Assembly (NCBI GenBank): GCA_964637575.1
Contig: CAZWVU010000003.1
Location: forward strand, 65,586 to 129,585
Length of the DNA stretch: 64,000 nucleotides
Reading direction: 5' to 3'
Source: an uncultured Candidatus Saccharibacteria bacterium
GTDB lineage: Bacteria; Patescibacteriota; Minisyncoccia; UBA6257; WO2-44-18
How positions within the stretch are numbered: position 1 is the stretch's first letter; every line of letters starts with the position of its first letter. Made by a program: the position numbers and the translations under genes. Shown here one piece after another: positions 39,650 to 49,575 of this stretch. The notes below the pieces were generated by a model. The model searched no databases. It saw nothing but the letters and a program-made list of their open reading frames with translations, and was not told the DNA's origin.

Positions 39650-39894
39650 ATTTTAAACAGCTCGGCTTCGCCTCGATCAAAAAACTGTCGAGGTGTCGGC
39701 CCTGGGCGCTTTTGCGCCCGCTTTCGTTTCGCTCAAGCCCACGAGAGCATACCATCAAGCCCGCTCGAGCGGGCTATCCAGAGGATATCCACAAGTCATT
39801 CACAAAATCGGGAAGCTCCTGAATGACCGGATGATACTATTATACGTAGCTCTTCGCAATAATTCGACAGGCTCATTACGAGAGGAGGAAGAAC

Positions 39895-40395
39895 GTGAAA
39901 TCGAATATTTCAGAAATAATCGAAGGCCAGCGGAGCCGGGAGACGCGACTGGCAGGTATAGTGTTCAAGTATTGCCCGGACCTGGTGCTTCATTCGCGGG
40001 TCGGGAGGGGACAGGCGCGAACCTTCGTGCCGCGGTTGAGATTCGATCGTTCGCGGCGGTTCGGCTGGTTTTTCCGGCTTTTCACCGGGCGCATCTCCAG
40101 TCCCGCCCTCGCGATTACGGGAAACATCCGTTCAGCGTTGGACATGAGCCGGGAATGGATTCCCATCGAAATTCACTGCTACGACATGGGATTTCTGAAT
40201 TCCGTGCTGTGCGTTGTGGTTGCCTATCGGAATGAAACCGGCTGTCCCGCGCGCGTAATCGAGGAACCGCTGGCGGATGATTCGCGCTGGAAGCCGGCGA
40301 TCCGCGTCCTGCTCGCCATCGCCGCGATGAGCGCGATCCTGATCGGCGTGAGACTCCTTTCCATGTCGTTCTTCAAAAATCTTTTCAGCTTCTGA
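39895..40395 (+). CDS. Hypothetical protein with C-terminal TM helix
   Basis: GTG start after GAGGAGG; own terminator at 40395-40423. Confidence 0.65.
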   Translation: MKSNISEIIEGQRSRETRLAGIVFKYCPDLVLHSRVGRGQARTFVPRLRFDRSRRFGWFFRLFTGRISSPALAITGNIRSALDMSREWIPIEIHCYDMGFLNSVLCVVVAYRNETGCPARVIEEPLADDSRWKPAIRVLLAIAAMSAILIGVRLLSMSFFKNLFSF

Positions 40396-40468
40396 TCCCG
40401 CTCCTTGACGAGCGGGATTTTTTGTGTTAATTTATTCACAGTTTTTTGAAGAGAAATGGAGGAGGCGA

Positions 40469-41467
40469 ATGAGAAGATTTGCGCGAAGAGCGTTGACCGG
40501 GTTCGCGCGGCTGTTGGCGGCAGGAGTGGTGTGCGGAGGAAGCAGTGCGCTCGTGTGGGCGACATGGCGCTGTTCCGGCATTCCCGGCCTGGCGGGTGCC
40601 GCGATTCTGATCGCGGTGCTTGTCCTGAAGCCGGCGTACCGGAATATTCCGACGCTGCAGATCGGCATGACGACGTTTCTCGGCATGAGGACCGGGCGCG
40701 TTCTGCCCGAAGGGCCGGCGCTGGTGATTCCCTGGCTTGAGAAAGTCTGGCTGTTTGATTACGAGGTGCACGTCGCGCGGGCGGAGGCGAAGGTCTACTG
40801 CAAAGACGGCATCGCGCTGGTCGCAGGCGGGCTTCTGAGCTGGCAGATCGATCCGGATCTGCTGTCCACGAGCTTCGTACTCAACAGGGAAAAAATCGAG
40901 AGCGAACTCGTGAACGCGGCGCGGAGCGAGCTCGGCATGATCGCCAGCGTGTACGGCGCCCTGGAACTGAAAGATTCCTGGGAGGCGGTGGCCAATCTCA
41001 TCAACTGTTCGTTGCGGATGGGAACGCCGCCGCACATCGCGGAGAGCATCCCGCCGGCGCGCCGGCTCGACTTCTACGGCAGCATTCCGTTCCGGAACCG
41101 GCTGGAGCGCGAGCCGCGGCTGGACGAGGAGCGGTCGGAAATCGAGAACCGTTGCGGCGTGCGCATCATCTGTTTCACGCCGGAGCCGCCGGAATTTACC
41201 GAGGGCACGGGCGAGGCGCTGGAGAGCGAGGGCCGGGCGATTCTCAAATCGAAAGCGGATCGCGTCGCGGCGGCGACCAAACTTGAGATCACCAGAAAGG
41301 CGAAGGAGGAAGGGTTGCCGCCGAAAGAGGCGAGCGTCTCCGCCGAGCTGACGATGGGCCAGCGGGTGGAGCGGAAGATCCATGACCTCGGCGGACTGGA
41401 GCGGCTGCGGCCGTTCCTGCCGCCGGAATCGCGTACCTATGGAGGAGCCATATGTCTAAGAAACTGA
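40469..41467 (+). CDS. SPFH/band-7 domain membrane protein 1
   Basis: TM helices, then IP..QIG..TFLG.RTGRVL.EG..LVIPW.EKV, V.CKDG, GVRI and a helical tail; GGAGGAGG upstream. Confidence 0.75.
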   Translation: MRRFARRALTGFARLLAAGVVCGGSSALVWATWRCSGIPGLAGAAILIAVLVLKPAYRNIPTLQIGMTTFLGMRTGRVLPEGPALVIPWLEKVWLFDYEVHVARAEAKVYCKDGIALVAGGLLSWQIDPDLLSTSFVLNREKIESELVNAARSELGMIASVYGALELKDSWEAVANLINCSLRMGTPPHIAESIPPARRLDFYGSIPFRNRLEREPRLDEERSEIENRCGVRIICFTPEPPEFTEGTGEALESEGRAILKSKADRVAAATKLEITRKAKEEGLPPKEASVSAELTMGQRVERKIHDLGGLERLRPFLPPESRTYGGAICLRN

Positions 41468-41973
41468 CGGCGGTACTGATGATTGTCGCGTCACTTCTGA
41501 TCACCGGCGGATTTCTCTGGAAGTCCGGCACACTGCAGGCGACCGCGAAATCGATGGCCGAACGCCATCGGGAGGATCAGGCGCGTCAGCGAGCGGCGGC
41601 GGATGCCGAGTGTGCGCGCAAGAATCAGGCGGAAGCCTGGCAGAAGCGATGCGAACAGCTGCGGCATCTGCCGGTGGACGGCCGGGCCGCGATCTCGTTC
41701 CACGGTCTGCAGAAGACACTGGAGTGCGAGCTCCGGCCCGACCGGTGGTCGCGGGAGATCCGGCTTCCGGAGAAGTATGTCAGCTGGACGATCAACGTTT
41801 CTCCCGAAGACGGCCATCTGCTCTGGTTTGACGGCGAGGCCGAACCAGTGGAGCTGAACAAGGACGATCCACCGAGGAATCTCGGCCCGCGTCCCGGAAG
41901 CTTCCGGATTCTCGGAAAGACGGCCGGTCAGAAAGCCAAGATTACGTTTGAAGCGCAAAAGCCCCCTTTTTAG
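41452..41973 (+). CDS. Membrane-anchored SPFH partner protein 1
   Basis: N-terminal TM; C-terminal domain paralogous to 43372-43914; overlaps the SPFH stop. Confidence 0.8.
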   Translation: MSKKLTAVLMIVASLLITGGFLWKSGTLQATAKSMAERHREDQARQRAAADAECARKNQAEAWQKRCEQLRHLPVDGRAAISFHGLQKTLECELRPDRWSREIRLPEKYVSWTINVSPEDGHLLWFDGEAEPVELNKDDPPRNLGPRPGSFRILGKTAGQKAKITFEAQKPPF

Positions 41974-41982
41974 GGGGCTTTT
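41957..41982 (+). terminator. Intrinsic terminator
   Basis: AAAAGCCCCCT-tttt-AGGGGGCTTTT. Confidence 0.8.
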
Positions 41983-42078
41983 CTTATACACGGCCATACT
42001 TGACAAAATGAGCTTATTTGTTCTATTATATTGGCAGTCGTTTGATAGTCTTTTTTAAAGAAAAAATAGGAGGAATGT

Positions 42079-43362
42079 GTGAGTCTGATGGCGATGATTG
42101 GCGCGGGCGCAGGAGTTCTGCTGCTCGCAGCGCTGTTGTTCCAGTTCCGGCGGAAGATTGTCCGGCTTTGGAAGCTGACGCTTTCGCTGGTGATGGTTCC
42201 CGTGGTGTTTACCGCGGTGGTGCTCATTGCGAAGTTCCGCGAACCGCTCAGCGCGTTCGCGGGCAGGGTGCTCGGCCGGATTGCCGGCGCCTGGTCCCTT
42301 TCGTGGGCGTTCGCGGCGGTTGTGCTCGCGCTTGCCTCGGTGGCGACGGCGGTGGCGATCTCGTCCAGTGACGAGAAGGAAGATATGCCGCCTCCAAAGT
42401 TTTCCCGGGTGCCGGCGCTTTGCTGGATCGGCGCGATTCTCTGCGCGATGGTGGCCTACCTGCCGAAGTTCGGCGAAGCGCCGTGGTTGATTTCCGCCAT
42501 GATGGCGCTCGCAGTGCTCTGGCTGATCGCCAGCTGTGTCATGATCGTTCCGCGGTATCACGCGGGCGTCGTGGCGATGGGCGACCGGCCGGTGCGGTCG
42601 GTCAGTTCCGGATGGACGCTGGTCTACCGTCCCCTCGGACTCACGGTCGAAGAGGTGGTCGAAGTGCACGAAGTGCGCACGACTTCCATCAACGACGTGA
42701 TAATCCAGGTGGAGGTGGGCGGTGTCGCGACGCCGGGAACCGAAAAAGAGCCCCTGAATCTCGAGATGACGCTGGAGTACAAGCCCAACGCGGTGAAGTA
42801 CATCCAGTTTCAGAGCGTGAAGCAGGAGAAGCTCGAGCAGATTCTCATCGATCACCTGGAAGGGTTCGCCACCGACGAGTTCAAAAGAGTGGTGAGCATC
42901 CAGGAGGCGTACGACAAGCTGGAAGAGATCGAGACCAAAATTCTTGATCTGTTCCACGGGATCCAGGATACCTACGGAGTGCTGGTGCGGAGCATCACGA
43001 TTGATGACGCGGCGCCGGATCCGAAGGTCATCCAGGCCAAGATCGAACGCCAGAAGAAGCTGAACGATGCGAAGCTGGATGTGGAAATCCAGGCCGAGAT
43101 CAACAAGAAGCGTCAGAAGGAGATGGCCAAGATCCATCAACTGGCGCTCAAGATGATCAAGGAGTGCGAAGCCGCCGGCCAGAAGCTTTCATATAAGGAA
43201 GCGGTGGCCCGCGTCCAGGTGCAGTTCGGGATCGTCAAAGAGTCCAAGAACACGATCGATTTCGGTCCCGGCATCCAGGGCGCCATCGGCGAAGTGATTC
43301 CGTTGTTCTCCCGTGATCGCGGTCCTGAAAAGGATCCGATGGGTTTCGGAAAGAAATCGTAA
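42079..43362 (+). CDS. SPFH/band-7 domain membrane protein 2 with multi-TM N-terminus
   Basis: IVP..HAGVV..G....SG.., YGV.V.SITID, coiled-coil tail; AGGAGG upstream; TTGACA-18-TATTAT at 42000-42029. Confidence 0.78.
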   Translation: MSLMAMIGAGAGVLLLAALLFQFRRKIVRLWKLTLSLVMVPVVFTAVVLIAKFREPLSAFAGRVLGRIAGAWSLSWAFAAVVLALASVATAVAISSSDEKEDMPPPKFSRVPALCWIGAILCAMVAYLPKFGEAPWLISAMMALAVLWLIASCVMIVPRYHAGVVAMGDRPVRSVSSGWTLVYRPLGLTVEEVVEVHEVRTTSINDVIIQVEVGGVATPGTEKEPLNLEMTLEYKPNAVKYIQFQSVKQEKLEQILIDHLEGFATDEFKRVVSIQEAYDKLEEIETKILDLFHGIQDTYGVLVRSITIDDAAPDPKVIQAKIERQKKLNDAKLDVEIQAEINKKRQKEMAKIHQLALKMIKECEAAGQKLSYKEAVARVQVQFGIVKESKNTIDFGPGIQGAIGEVIPLFSRDRGPEKDPMGFGKKS

Positions 43363-43371
43363 GGAGGAACT

Positions 43372-43914
43372 ATGGCAGATGCGAAAGGCGGAAAGGCCAC
43401 CGCCAAGAAGTTGGCCGGCAAGAACAAGTTCGTCACGTTCATCGCGCTCGCGTTCCTGCTGATCGGGGTCATGTACTTCAACTTCGGCAAGACTCCCGCC
43501 GATATTCTCGGCGGGAGTTCGAAGCCGGGTTCGGGAAGCTTCACGACGCCGAACAGCCGCTCGAGCCAGCAGGTGGGTGACCGCACGGATTTCGTGCGGT
43601 CCCTGCCCGACAGCGGCAAGCCCGTCGTTCGTTTCAGCGGCGAGAAGCAGGTGGTGGTGGATCTGAAGACCGATGAATGGTCGCAACAGGTCATCATCCC
43701 CGTTTCTCCAACAAAATACGTCGATTGTAGAATCGACGTAGATCCTCCGACTGGCTATTTCGTGAAGTTTCAGGATGGCCAAGTCGATCTGGTAACTGCA
43801 GACCAAAGAGAGTTCGTTGATCATGGAATGAAGAGGGGAATTTTCCGAATTCTCGGAACCTCTTCAGGACAAAAGGCAACGATCACTGTTTTTTTTCGAT
43901 CTGTGGCCAAGTAA
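43372..43914 (+). CDS. Membrane-anchored SPFH partner protein 2
   Basis: N-terminal TM; shares WS..I.IP..KYV...I.V.P and G.FRILG...GQKA.IT with partner 1; AAGGAGG upstream. Confidence 0.8.
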   Translation: MADAKGGKATAKKLAGKNKFVTFIALAFLLIGVMYFNFGKTPADILGGSSKPGSGSFTTPNSRSSQQVGDRTDFVRSLPDSGKPVVRFSGEKQVVVDLKTDEWSQQVIIPVSPTKYVDCRIDVDPPTGYFVKFQDGQVDLVTADQREFVDHGMKRGIFRILGTSSGQKATITVFFRSVAK

Positions 43915-43916
43915 CC

Positions 43917-43948
43917 AAAACCCCCAGAAGCAATGCTTCTGGGGGTTT
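43917..43948. terminator. Intrinsic terminator
   Basis: AAACCCCCAGAAGCA-a-TGCTTCTGGGGGTTT. Confidence 0.85.
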
Positions 43949-43973
43949 ATTATTTTACGTTAGCGCGAAGGTA

Positions 43974-44005
43974 AGATTGCCGCGTCACTTCGTTCCTCGC
44001 AATGA
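43974..44005. repeat. REP-like GATTGC...CTCGCAATGA element
   Basis: AGATTGCCGCGTCACTTCGTTCCTCGCAATGA. Confidence 0.65.
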
Positions 44006-44020
44006 TAGCACTATTGCGTC

Positions 44021-44365
44021 CTACCGTGCTCCGACAATCGCGCCGGCAACGGCCACGATCAACTGCGCGAGAAGCGCCACGCCTACGCCGATCACGGCAT
44101 AGATAATGGTATTTTTCGCGGTCTGGACTTTGTCTTCGTTGCCTGCCGCAGTCATATAGTTCCACCCGGCATAGATCACCATTACCGCGGCGATCACGAT
44201 GATCGCGGTCAGGAAGTAGTTGGCAATCGTCCGGATAATGCCGAACAGCTGGTCAATCGGGTTGCCACGCACCGCTACCGGGGCCGGGACTGTCTGGGCG
44301 CCCGCGAGGAGCGGCAGCAGCGCCACTGTCACTACTCCCGCGATTCCGAAAATCTTTTTTGTCAT
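44021..44365 (-). CDS. TrbC/VirB2-like pilin
   Basis: Signal peptide (AGAQ); YAGWNYMTAAGNEDKVQTAK..IIYAVIG. Confidence 0.9.
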   Translation of the reverse strand: MTKKIFGIAGVVTVALLPLLAGAQTVPAPVAVRGNPIDQLFGIIRTIANYFLTAIIVIAAVMVIYAGWNYMTAAGNEDKVQTAKNTIIYAVIGVGVALLAQLIVAVAGAIVGAR

Positions 44366-44481
44366 ATTAGTAAAGCTGGTTTCATCTCGACCTTGAACAC
44401 TTTCCATTATAGCATCCCGCACATAAAAGCAACTCTTTCGCTTTTCCACACGGCTTTAACCAGGTATGTACGGGACAAGAA

Positions 44482-44838
44482 TTAAAGCTGGACTCCCACA
44501 ATTTGTCCCACAATCGCGATGATCACCTTGAAAAGAAGCATCACGCCGAGACCGATGACTACATAGAGGATGATCCGCTTGCCCTGCGAGACCTTATCCT
44601 CGCTTCCCGCGGAGGTAATGATGAGAAACGCCGCGTAGATAATCATCACCGTGCCGATGAGAATGGACGCCTCCAAGAGAAATCCCGCGATGGCGTTGAT
44701 AACCTGAATAAGCGTTTTATTGGTTTTGAGAGGATTAGGGAGAGTTGTATTTGGAGGTTGAGTAAAGCCACTGCTTTGAGCATGTGCCAAGAACGGCAGT
44801 AAAGTGGTTAAATAAATCGCTGAAATTATTTTTTTCAT
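44482..44838 (-). CDS. TrbC/VirB2-like pilin
   Basis: AHAQ, LPNPL, YAAF.IITSAGSEDKVSQGK.IILYVVIG. Confidence 0.9.
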   Translation of the reverse strand: MKKIISAIYLTTLLPFLAHAQSSGFTQPPNTTLPNPLKTNKTLIQVINAIAGFLLEASILIGTVMIIYAAFLIITSAGSEDKVSQGKRIILYVVIGLGVMLLFKVIIAIVGQIVGVQL

Positions 44839-44839
44839 A

Positions 44840-45235
44840 TTAGAAAATTGATCCTTTGGTGAAGAAGTTGAGGACGGTGTTGACGATCAGGTAGGAGCCG
44901 AAGGCGATGGCGACGCCGATGACGACGGCGGTGATGATCTGCTTGCCTTTCGCGAATTTATCTTCGTTTCCGGCTGCTGTCAGTATAACAAATCCGCCGT
45001 AGGCGATGAAAAGCGCCGCCAGCGGGACGACGATGTACACCATAAAGTTGATGATCTGCTTGATGAACTCCACGGCGGCGTTGAGATTGCACGATCCCGG
45101 CTGTCCCGGCGGCAGGGAGGGATTACATTTCGGGGCGAGATTCTGAGCCATGGCCGGAACGGCCAAACTAAAAAGTAAAAATGAAAAAGTAAAAACGATA
45201 GTTTCAATTTTTAAATTTAATTTATAATTTTTCAT
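44840..45235 (-). CDS. TrbC/VirB2-like pilin with Cys pair
   Basis: AMAQ, C-x10-C, YGGF.ILTAAGNEDKFAKGK.IIT.VVIG. Confidence 0.9.
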   Translation of the reverse strand: MKNYKLNLKIETIVFTFSFLLFSLAVPAMAQNLAPKCNPSLPPGQPGSCNLNAAVEFIKQIINFMVYIVVPLAALFIAYGGFVILTAAGNEDKFAKGKQIITAVVIGVAIAFGSYLIVNTVLNFFTKGSIF

Positions 45236-46522
45236 TTAACGGCTTCGCCGCTGCATCAGGTCGGTGACCTTGCTGGCGGCTTCGGAGAGCGCGCGGTCAA
45301 TCTGCAGGCGGCCGCCGTTCACATCGGCGATCATCTGGGAGAAGATGCTGTCCACCGCGGCGTTATCAATTTCCGGCCAGGAGCGGGCGGTGAGCGCCTG
45401 TTTGGCGAAGATGCCGAGATCCGGCTGGGTGGAAATATATTCATCAATCAGCGCGCGGAGCGCCGGCGGGCGGCCGGAAAGCTGAAGATATTTACGCGAA
45501 GCGTCCGGGTTGGCGCCGAGGAACGTCACGAAATCCTGGGCGAGCGGCTGATTCTGGGTCTTATTGGAGACGGCGATACCCCAGTAGTTGGCGAAATTCA
45601 CCGGCGAGGTCGCCTCTACCGGCTGGAGCATCGGCGCCACGCGGAATTTCAGGAACGGGCTCTTGTCTTTCAGGAACTGGATCTTGTCCGAATAGTTGAA
45701 CATGATCGCGTCCTGGCCGGCGGCGAAATCATCCAGCGAGAAGGGAAGCGAGTCGTTCCAGGTATACGAAGAGTCGCGGCCGGAGGCGAACTTCGTGTAG
45801 TAGGCGAGCGCCTGCTGGCCTTCCGCCGAGGCGAAGGTGGCGTTTTTGAAATCACTGTCGGTCATCTGCGTGCCGGCCTGCAGCATCACCAGACTCAAAA
45901 GATCGGTCGCGTGATCAATGCTCTTGTCGGAGCCGCCGACCGCCGCCGCGGCCTTGGTGATCCGCCCAGCTTTGTCAATTTCGCGGATGCGGGGGATGAT
46001 CTTTTCCAGATCGGCCCAGGTTTTTGGCGGCAGGGAGATGCCTTTCGCGTCAAAGATATCCTGGTTGTAGTACAACGCGAGCGTATCAAGATAGAGCGGA
46101 TAGGTCCAGACGGCGTTGTCCGGCGCGAAATCCTGCTGGACGATGGTGGGGAAGAGCGACTTGAAATTGGCGAGTGCCGAGGCGTCGGTGCCGAGCGGCA
46201 GGATCTTATTGGAGTGCTTCGGCAGCCAGGTGTTGTGGAACATCAGCACGTCCGGGCCGGTATTGCCGGCAAGCGCGTCCACCAGCTGCTGTTCGTACGT
46301 ACCCGGGTCCATCTGGACGTAGGAGATATCAATTTTGGACTTCGGATACTGCGCTTTGTACATATCTATGAGCGGCTGGATGACGGCGCTGTCGTCCACG
46401 CCCCAGAACTTGATCTCGCCCGACACCTGCGTGGATGACTTCTGCGTGCCAAACAAAAATACGGCGATAATTCCGCCGATGACGAGCAGTGCGAGGATGA
46501 TGATAACAACCCGGGGTTTCAT
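45236..46522 (-). CDS. Extracellular solute-binding protein (SBP family 1, sugar type), TM-anchored
   Basis: I.FWG, LA...GPDV, YP...DTLALYYN.D.F, PPKTW, F..G..A..F.Y, YWGIAVS. Confidence 0.88.
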   Translation of the reverse strand: MKPRVVIIILALLVIGGIIAVFLFGTQKSSTQVSGEIKFWGVDDSAVIQPLIDMYKAQYPKSKIDISYVQMDPGTYEQQLVDALAGNTGPDVLMFHNTWLPKHSNKILPLGTDASALANFKSLFPTIVQQDFAPDNAVWTYPLYLDTLALYYNQDIFDAKGISLPPKTWADLEKIIPRIREIDKAGRITKAAAAVGGSDKSIDHATDLLSLVMLQAGTQMTDSDFKNATFASAEGQQALAYYTKFASGRDSSYTWNDSLPFSLDDFAAGQDAIMFNYSDKIQFLKDKSPFLKFRVAPMLQPVEATSPVNFANYWGIAVSNKTQNQPLAQDFVTFLGANPDASRKYLQLSGRPPALRALIDEYISTQPDLGIFAKQALTARSWPEIDNAAVDSIFSQMIADVNGGRLQIDRALSEAASKVTDLMQRRSR

Positions 46523-46581
46523 TACTAATTATTTTAGCATATCGGTATTTGTGATCGTTGATCTGGTATACTTTATCCAAG

Positions 46582-47100
46582 ATGTCAAAATCACACTCCT
46601 TCAAAGTAATTCTGGGCGGGGCGGTCGTGGTGCTGCTGGCCGGGTATCTCCTATTTTCCGGCAAGGAGGTCAGCGGCGCCGCTACCTATACGAATCTGGA
46701 ACAGAGATACGCCATACAGTATCCGAAGTCCTGGTCCGTGGACGCGTCCAAAAATCTGGAATCGCCGAGCCAGGTCTACTTCATTTCTCCCGAGAAAAAG
46801 TCCGCGCTGAACAGCAACCTCGCGGGCGACCTATTTCCCTACGATGTCGCGGTGATCGCCTGGAGCACTAAGCAATCGCTTCAGGAGTTTCTCAAGCCTC
46901 AAACGGAGAGTCCTGACGCGGCGGATGTGCGCACAATTTCCATCAACGGCCTGGACGGCTACGAAAGCACGAGCGGCGCCAATCACGCTTTTTATTTCAA
47001 GCGCGGCAATATGATCTTCCAGATTGATATGGCCTCTGACAATTTTACCTTCCCCGAGCAGCGTCTTCAGATCGCCCAGAGTTTCACGTTTACAAAGTAA
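46582..47100 (+). CDS. PsbP-like secreted protein
   Basis: N-terminal TM; TYTN...YAIQYP.SW; [10 protein letters not shown] end. Confidence 0.7.
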   Translation: MSKSHSFKVILGGAVVVLLAGYLLFSGKEVSGAATYTNLEQRYAIQYPKSWSVDASKNLESPSQVYFISPEKKSALNSNLAGDLFPYDVAVIAWSTKQSLQEFLKPQTESPDAADVRTISINGLDGYESTSGANHAFYFKRGNMIFQIDMASDNFTFPEQRLQIAQSFTFTK

Positions 47101-49573
47101 CAATTCCGGCGACTTTGTCGCCGGGTTCCAGCGTCATGACGCGCACGCCCTGGGTGGCGCGGCTGGCGAGGCGGATCGTGGCGAGCTTGGTGCGGATGAT
47201 CTGTCCTTTCGCGGAGAGGGCGAGCACTTCCTCCTCGGCATCCACCACCGACGCGGCGACGAGTATGCCGGTCTTGGAGGTGATCGCGGCCGTCTTGATG
47301 CCGGATCCGCCGCGGCCCTGGACTTTATATTGCGTGAGCGGCGTCTGCTTGCCGTAGCCATTGGCCATCACGACGAGAAGCCGGGCATTTTTCAATCCTT
47401 TCGGGATCAGATCCATTGACGCCACCTGGTCCTTACCCTTGAGACGGATGGCGCGGACACCCGCGGCGGTGCGGCCCATGGTGCGGACTTTGCCTTCCTG
47501 AAAACGGATGGACTGGCCCTGCTCAGTGGTCACGATGATGTCGTCGCCGCCGGATGAGAGCCGCACCCAGTTCAACTGGTCGCCCTTCTTGAGGCCGATG
47601 GCGATGATGCCGTTGCGGCGGACGTTGCCGAAATCTTTGAGCGAGGTCTTTTTCACAAGGCCGTTTCTGGTGACCATCGTCAGATTGCCGTCGCTCGCTT
47701 TTTCATAGGTGATCATGGCGCTGATCTTTTCCTCAGTCGGGACTTCCAGGAAATTATGGATCGGCTTGCCTTTGGATGTGCGGGTGCCGGCGGGAATTTC
47801 GTAGACCTTCGTCTGGAAAACCCGGCCGCGGTCGGTGAAGAAGAGGACGTTGTCGTGCGTGTTGGCCGCCATGAAGTGCATCAGGAAATCATCCTCGTTG
47901 ACGTCGGAACCGATCAGGCCTTTGCCGCCGCGGCCCTGGGTCTTGAACGACGCCGGCGGGACGCGCTTGATGTAGCCGCCCTGCGACAACGTAATAATTG
48001 TTTCTTCCTGCGGGATCAGGTCTTCTTCCCTGAACTCACCGAGGCCGCTGGCCACGACTTTCGTGCGCCGTTCGCTCTTGAACTTCTCTTTCAGACCGGC
48101 AACCTCGTCCTTGATCACTTTCAAAATCTTGGCCGGGCTTTTGAGAAGCGCCGTCAACTCGGCGATAATCTGCTGTTTTTCCTTCAGTTCGTTTTCTATC
48201 TTTTCTCTCTCTAAATTCGCGAGCGTTTGAAGCTTCATTTCCAGAATCGCCTCGGTCTGGCGTTCGGAGAACTTGAAGTTCTTGATCAAATTCTGCTTGG
48301 CGTCGTCTCGGTCCTTGGACTTCTTAATCGTCGCGATCACCTTGTCTATAATGGAAAGCGCCTTGGAGAGGCCCATCAGGATGTGGGCGCGCTCTTCGGC
48401 TTTCTTGAGATCATACTGGGCGCGGCGGCGGACGATCTCGTTGCGGTGTTCCAGATACGCTTCCAGCACGTCCTTGATGGACATGACCTCCGGCTGGAGG
48501 CCGTTCCGGAGCGCGATCATATTCATGTTGAAATTCTTCTGGAGATCCGTGTATTGATAGAGCTGGTTGAGTACTTTCTGAGGCGTGGCAGTGGATTTGA
48601 GTTCGATGATGATGCTGATGCCGTTTTTGTCGGATTCATCTCGGACGTCGCGGATGCCTTCGATTTTCTTGTCAGTCACGAGTTCCGCGATTTTGATGAT
48701 CAGTTCGGACTTGTTGACCTGGTAGGGGATTTCGCTGATTTCAATATAATACTCCTCCTTGGAAGCGCCTTTTTTCTCCTTGATCTCGGCAAGGCCGCGG
48801 GTGGTGATGGTGCCATGGCCGGAGACGTAGGCCTCCACGATGGCTTTCTTGTCATAAATGATGCCGCCGGTCGGGAAATCCGGGCCTTTCACGAATTCCA
48901 TGAGGTCGTGCGTGGTGGCCTTCGGATTGTCGGCGAGATGAAGGATCGCGTCGGCGACTTCGCCGAGGTTGTGCGGCGGGATGCTGGTGGCCATGCCGAC
49001 GGCGATGCCGACAGCGCCGTTCAAAAGCAGGTTGGGGAGTTTGGCCGGCATGACGCGCGGCTCCTGGCGGGTGCCGTCGTAGTTGGGGATCCAGTTTACT
49101 GTTTCCTTATCAATATCTTCCAGCAGTTCCTCGGCGATCTTGGCGAGGCGGGCTTCGGTGTAGCGGTAGGCGGCGGCGGAGTCGCCGTCAATGGAGCCGA
49201 AGTTTCCCTGGCCTTCCACGAGGGGATAGCGGAGCGAAAAATCCTGCGCCATGCGGACGAGGGCGTCATAGACGGCCATGTCGCCGTGCGGATGGTATTT
49301 GCCGAGCACGTCGCCGATGACGGTGGCGGCTTTGCGGAATTTGGCGCCGTGGGTGAGCCCGGCTTCCCACATCGTCCAGAGGATGCGGCGGTGCACCGGC
49401 TTCATGCCGTCGCGCACGTCCGGCAGGGCGCGGCTGACGATGACCGACATCGCGTAATCCAGATACGACTCCTGAAGTTCCGTGCCGATCTCGCGGTCTT
49501 CAACATTCGCCCGCGGTATTACCGCCTTTTCTTCGCCCTCGTTCTTCTTATTTTCTTCTTTCTTTTTTGCCAT
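47090..49573 (-). CDS. gyrA: DNA gyrase subunit A
   Basis: [38 protein letters not shown], GyrA-box QGRGGKG. Confidence 0.98.
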   Translation of the reverse strand: MAKKKEENKKNEGEEKAVIPRANVEDREIGTELQESYLDYAMSVIVSRALPDVRDGMKPVHRRILWTMWEAGLTHGAKFRKAATVIGDVLGKYHPHGDMAVYDALVRMAQDFSLRYPLVEGQGNFGSIDGDSAAAYRYTEARLAKIAEELLEDIDKETVNWIPNYDGTRQEPRVMPAKLPNLLLNGAVGIAVGMATSIPPHNLGEVADAILHLADNPKATTHDLMEFVKGPDFPTGGIIYDKKAIVEAYVSGHGTITTRGLAEIKEKKGASKEEYYIEISEIPYQVNKSELIIKIAELVTDKKIEGIRDVRDESDKNGISIIIELKSTATPQKVLNQLYQYTDLQKNFNMNMIALRNGLQPEVMSIKDVLEAYLEHRNEIVRRRAQYDLKKAEERAHILMGLSKALSIIDKVIATIKKSKDRDDAKQNLIKNFKFSERQTEAILEMKLQTLANLEREKIENELKEKQQIIAELTALLKSPAKILKVIKDEVAGLKEKFKSERRTKVVASGLGEFREEDLIPQEETIITLSQGGYIKRVPPASFKTQGRGGKGLIGSDVNEDDFLMHFMAANTHDNVLFFTDRGRVFQTKVYEIPAGTRTSKGKPIHNFLEVPTEEKISAMITYEKASDGNLTMVTRNGLVKKTSLKDFGNVRRNGIIAIGLKKGDQLNWVRLSSGGDDIIVTTEQGQSIRFQEGKVRTMGRTAAGVRAIRLKGKDQVASMDLIPKGLKNARLLVVMANGYGKQTPLTQYKVQGRGGSGIKTAAITSKTGILVAASVVDAEEEVLALSAKGQIIRTKLATIRLASRATQGVRVMTLEPGDKVAGIVTL

Positions 49574-49575
49574 GG

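Noticed and set aside
37139-43948. Xer recombinase plus tRNA-Leu as an integrative element carrying the SPFH island
   Set aside because: The recombinase looks like housekeeping XerC/D and is separated from the island by gpmI. The island lies 5' of the tRNA, and no att duplication of this tRNA was seen.
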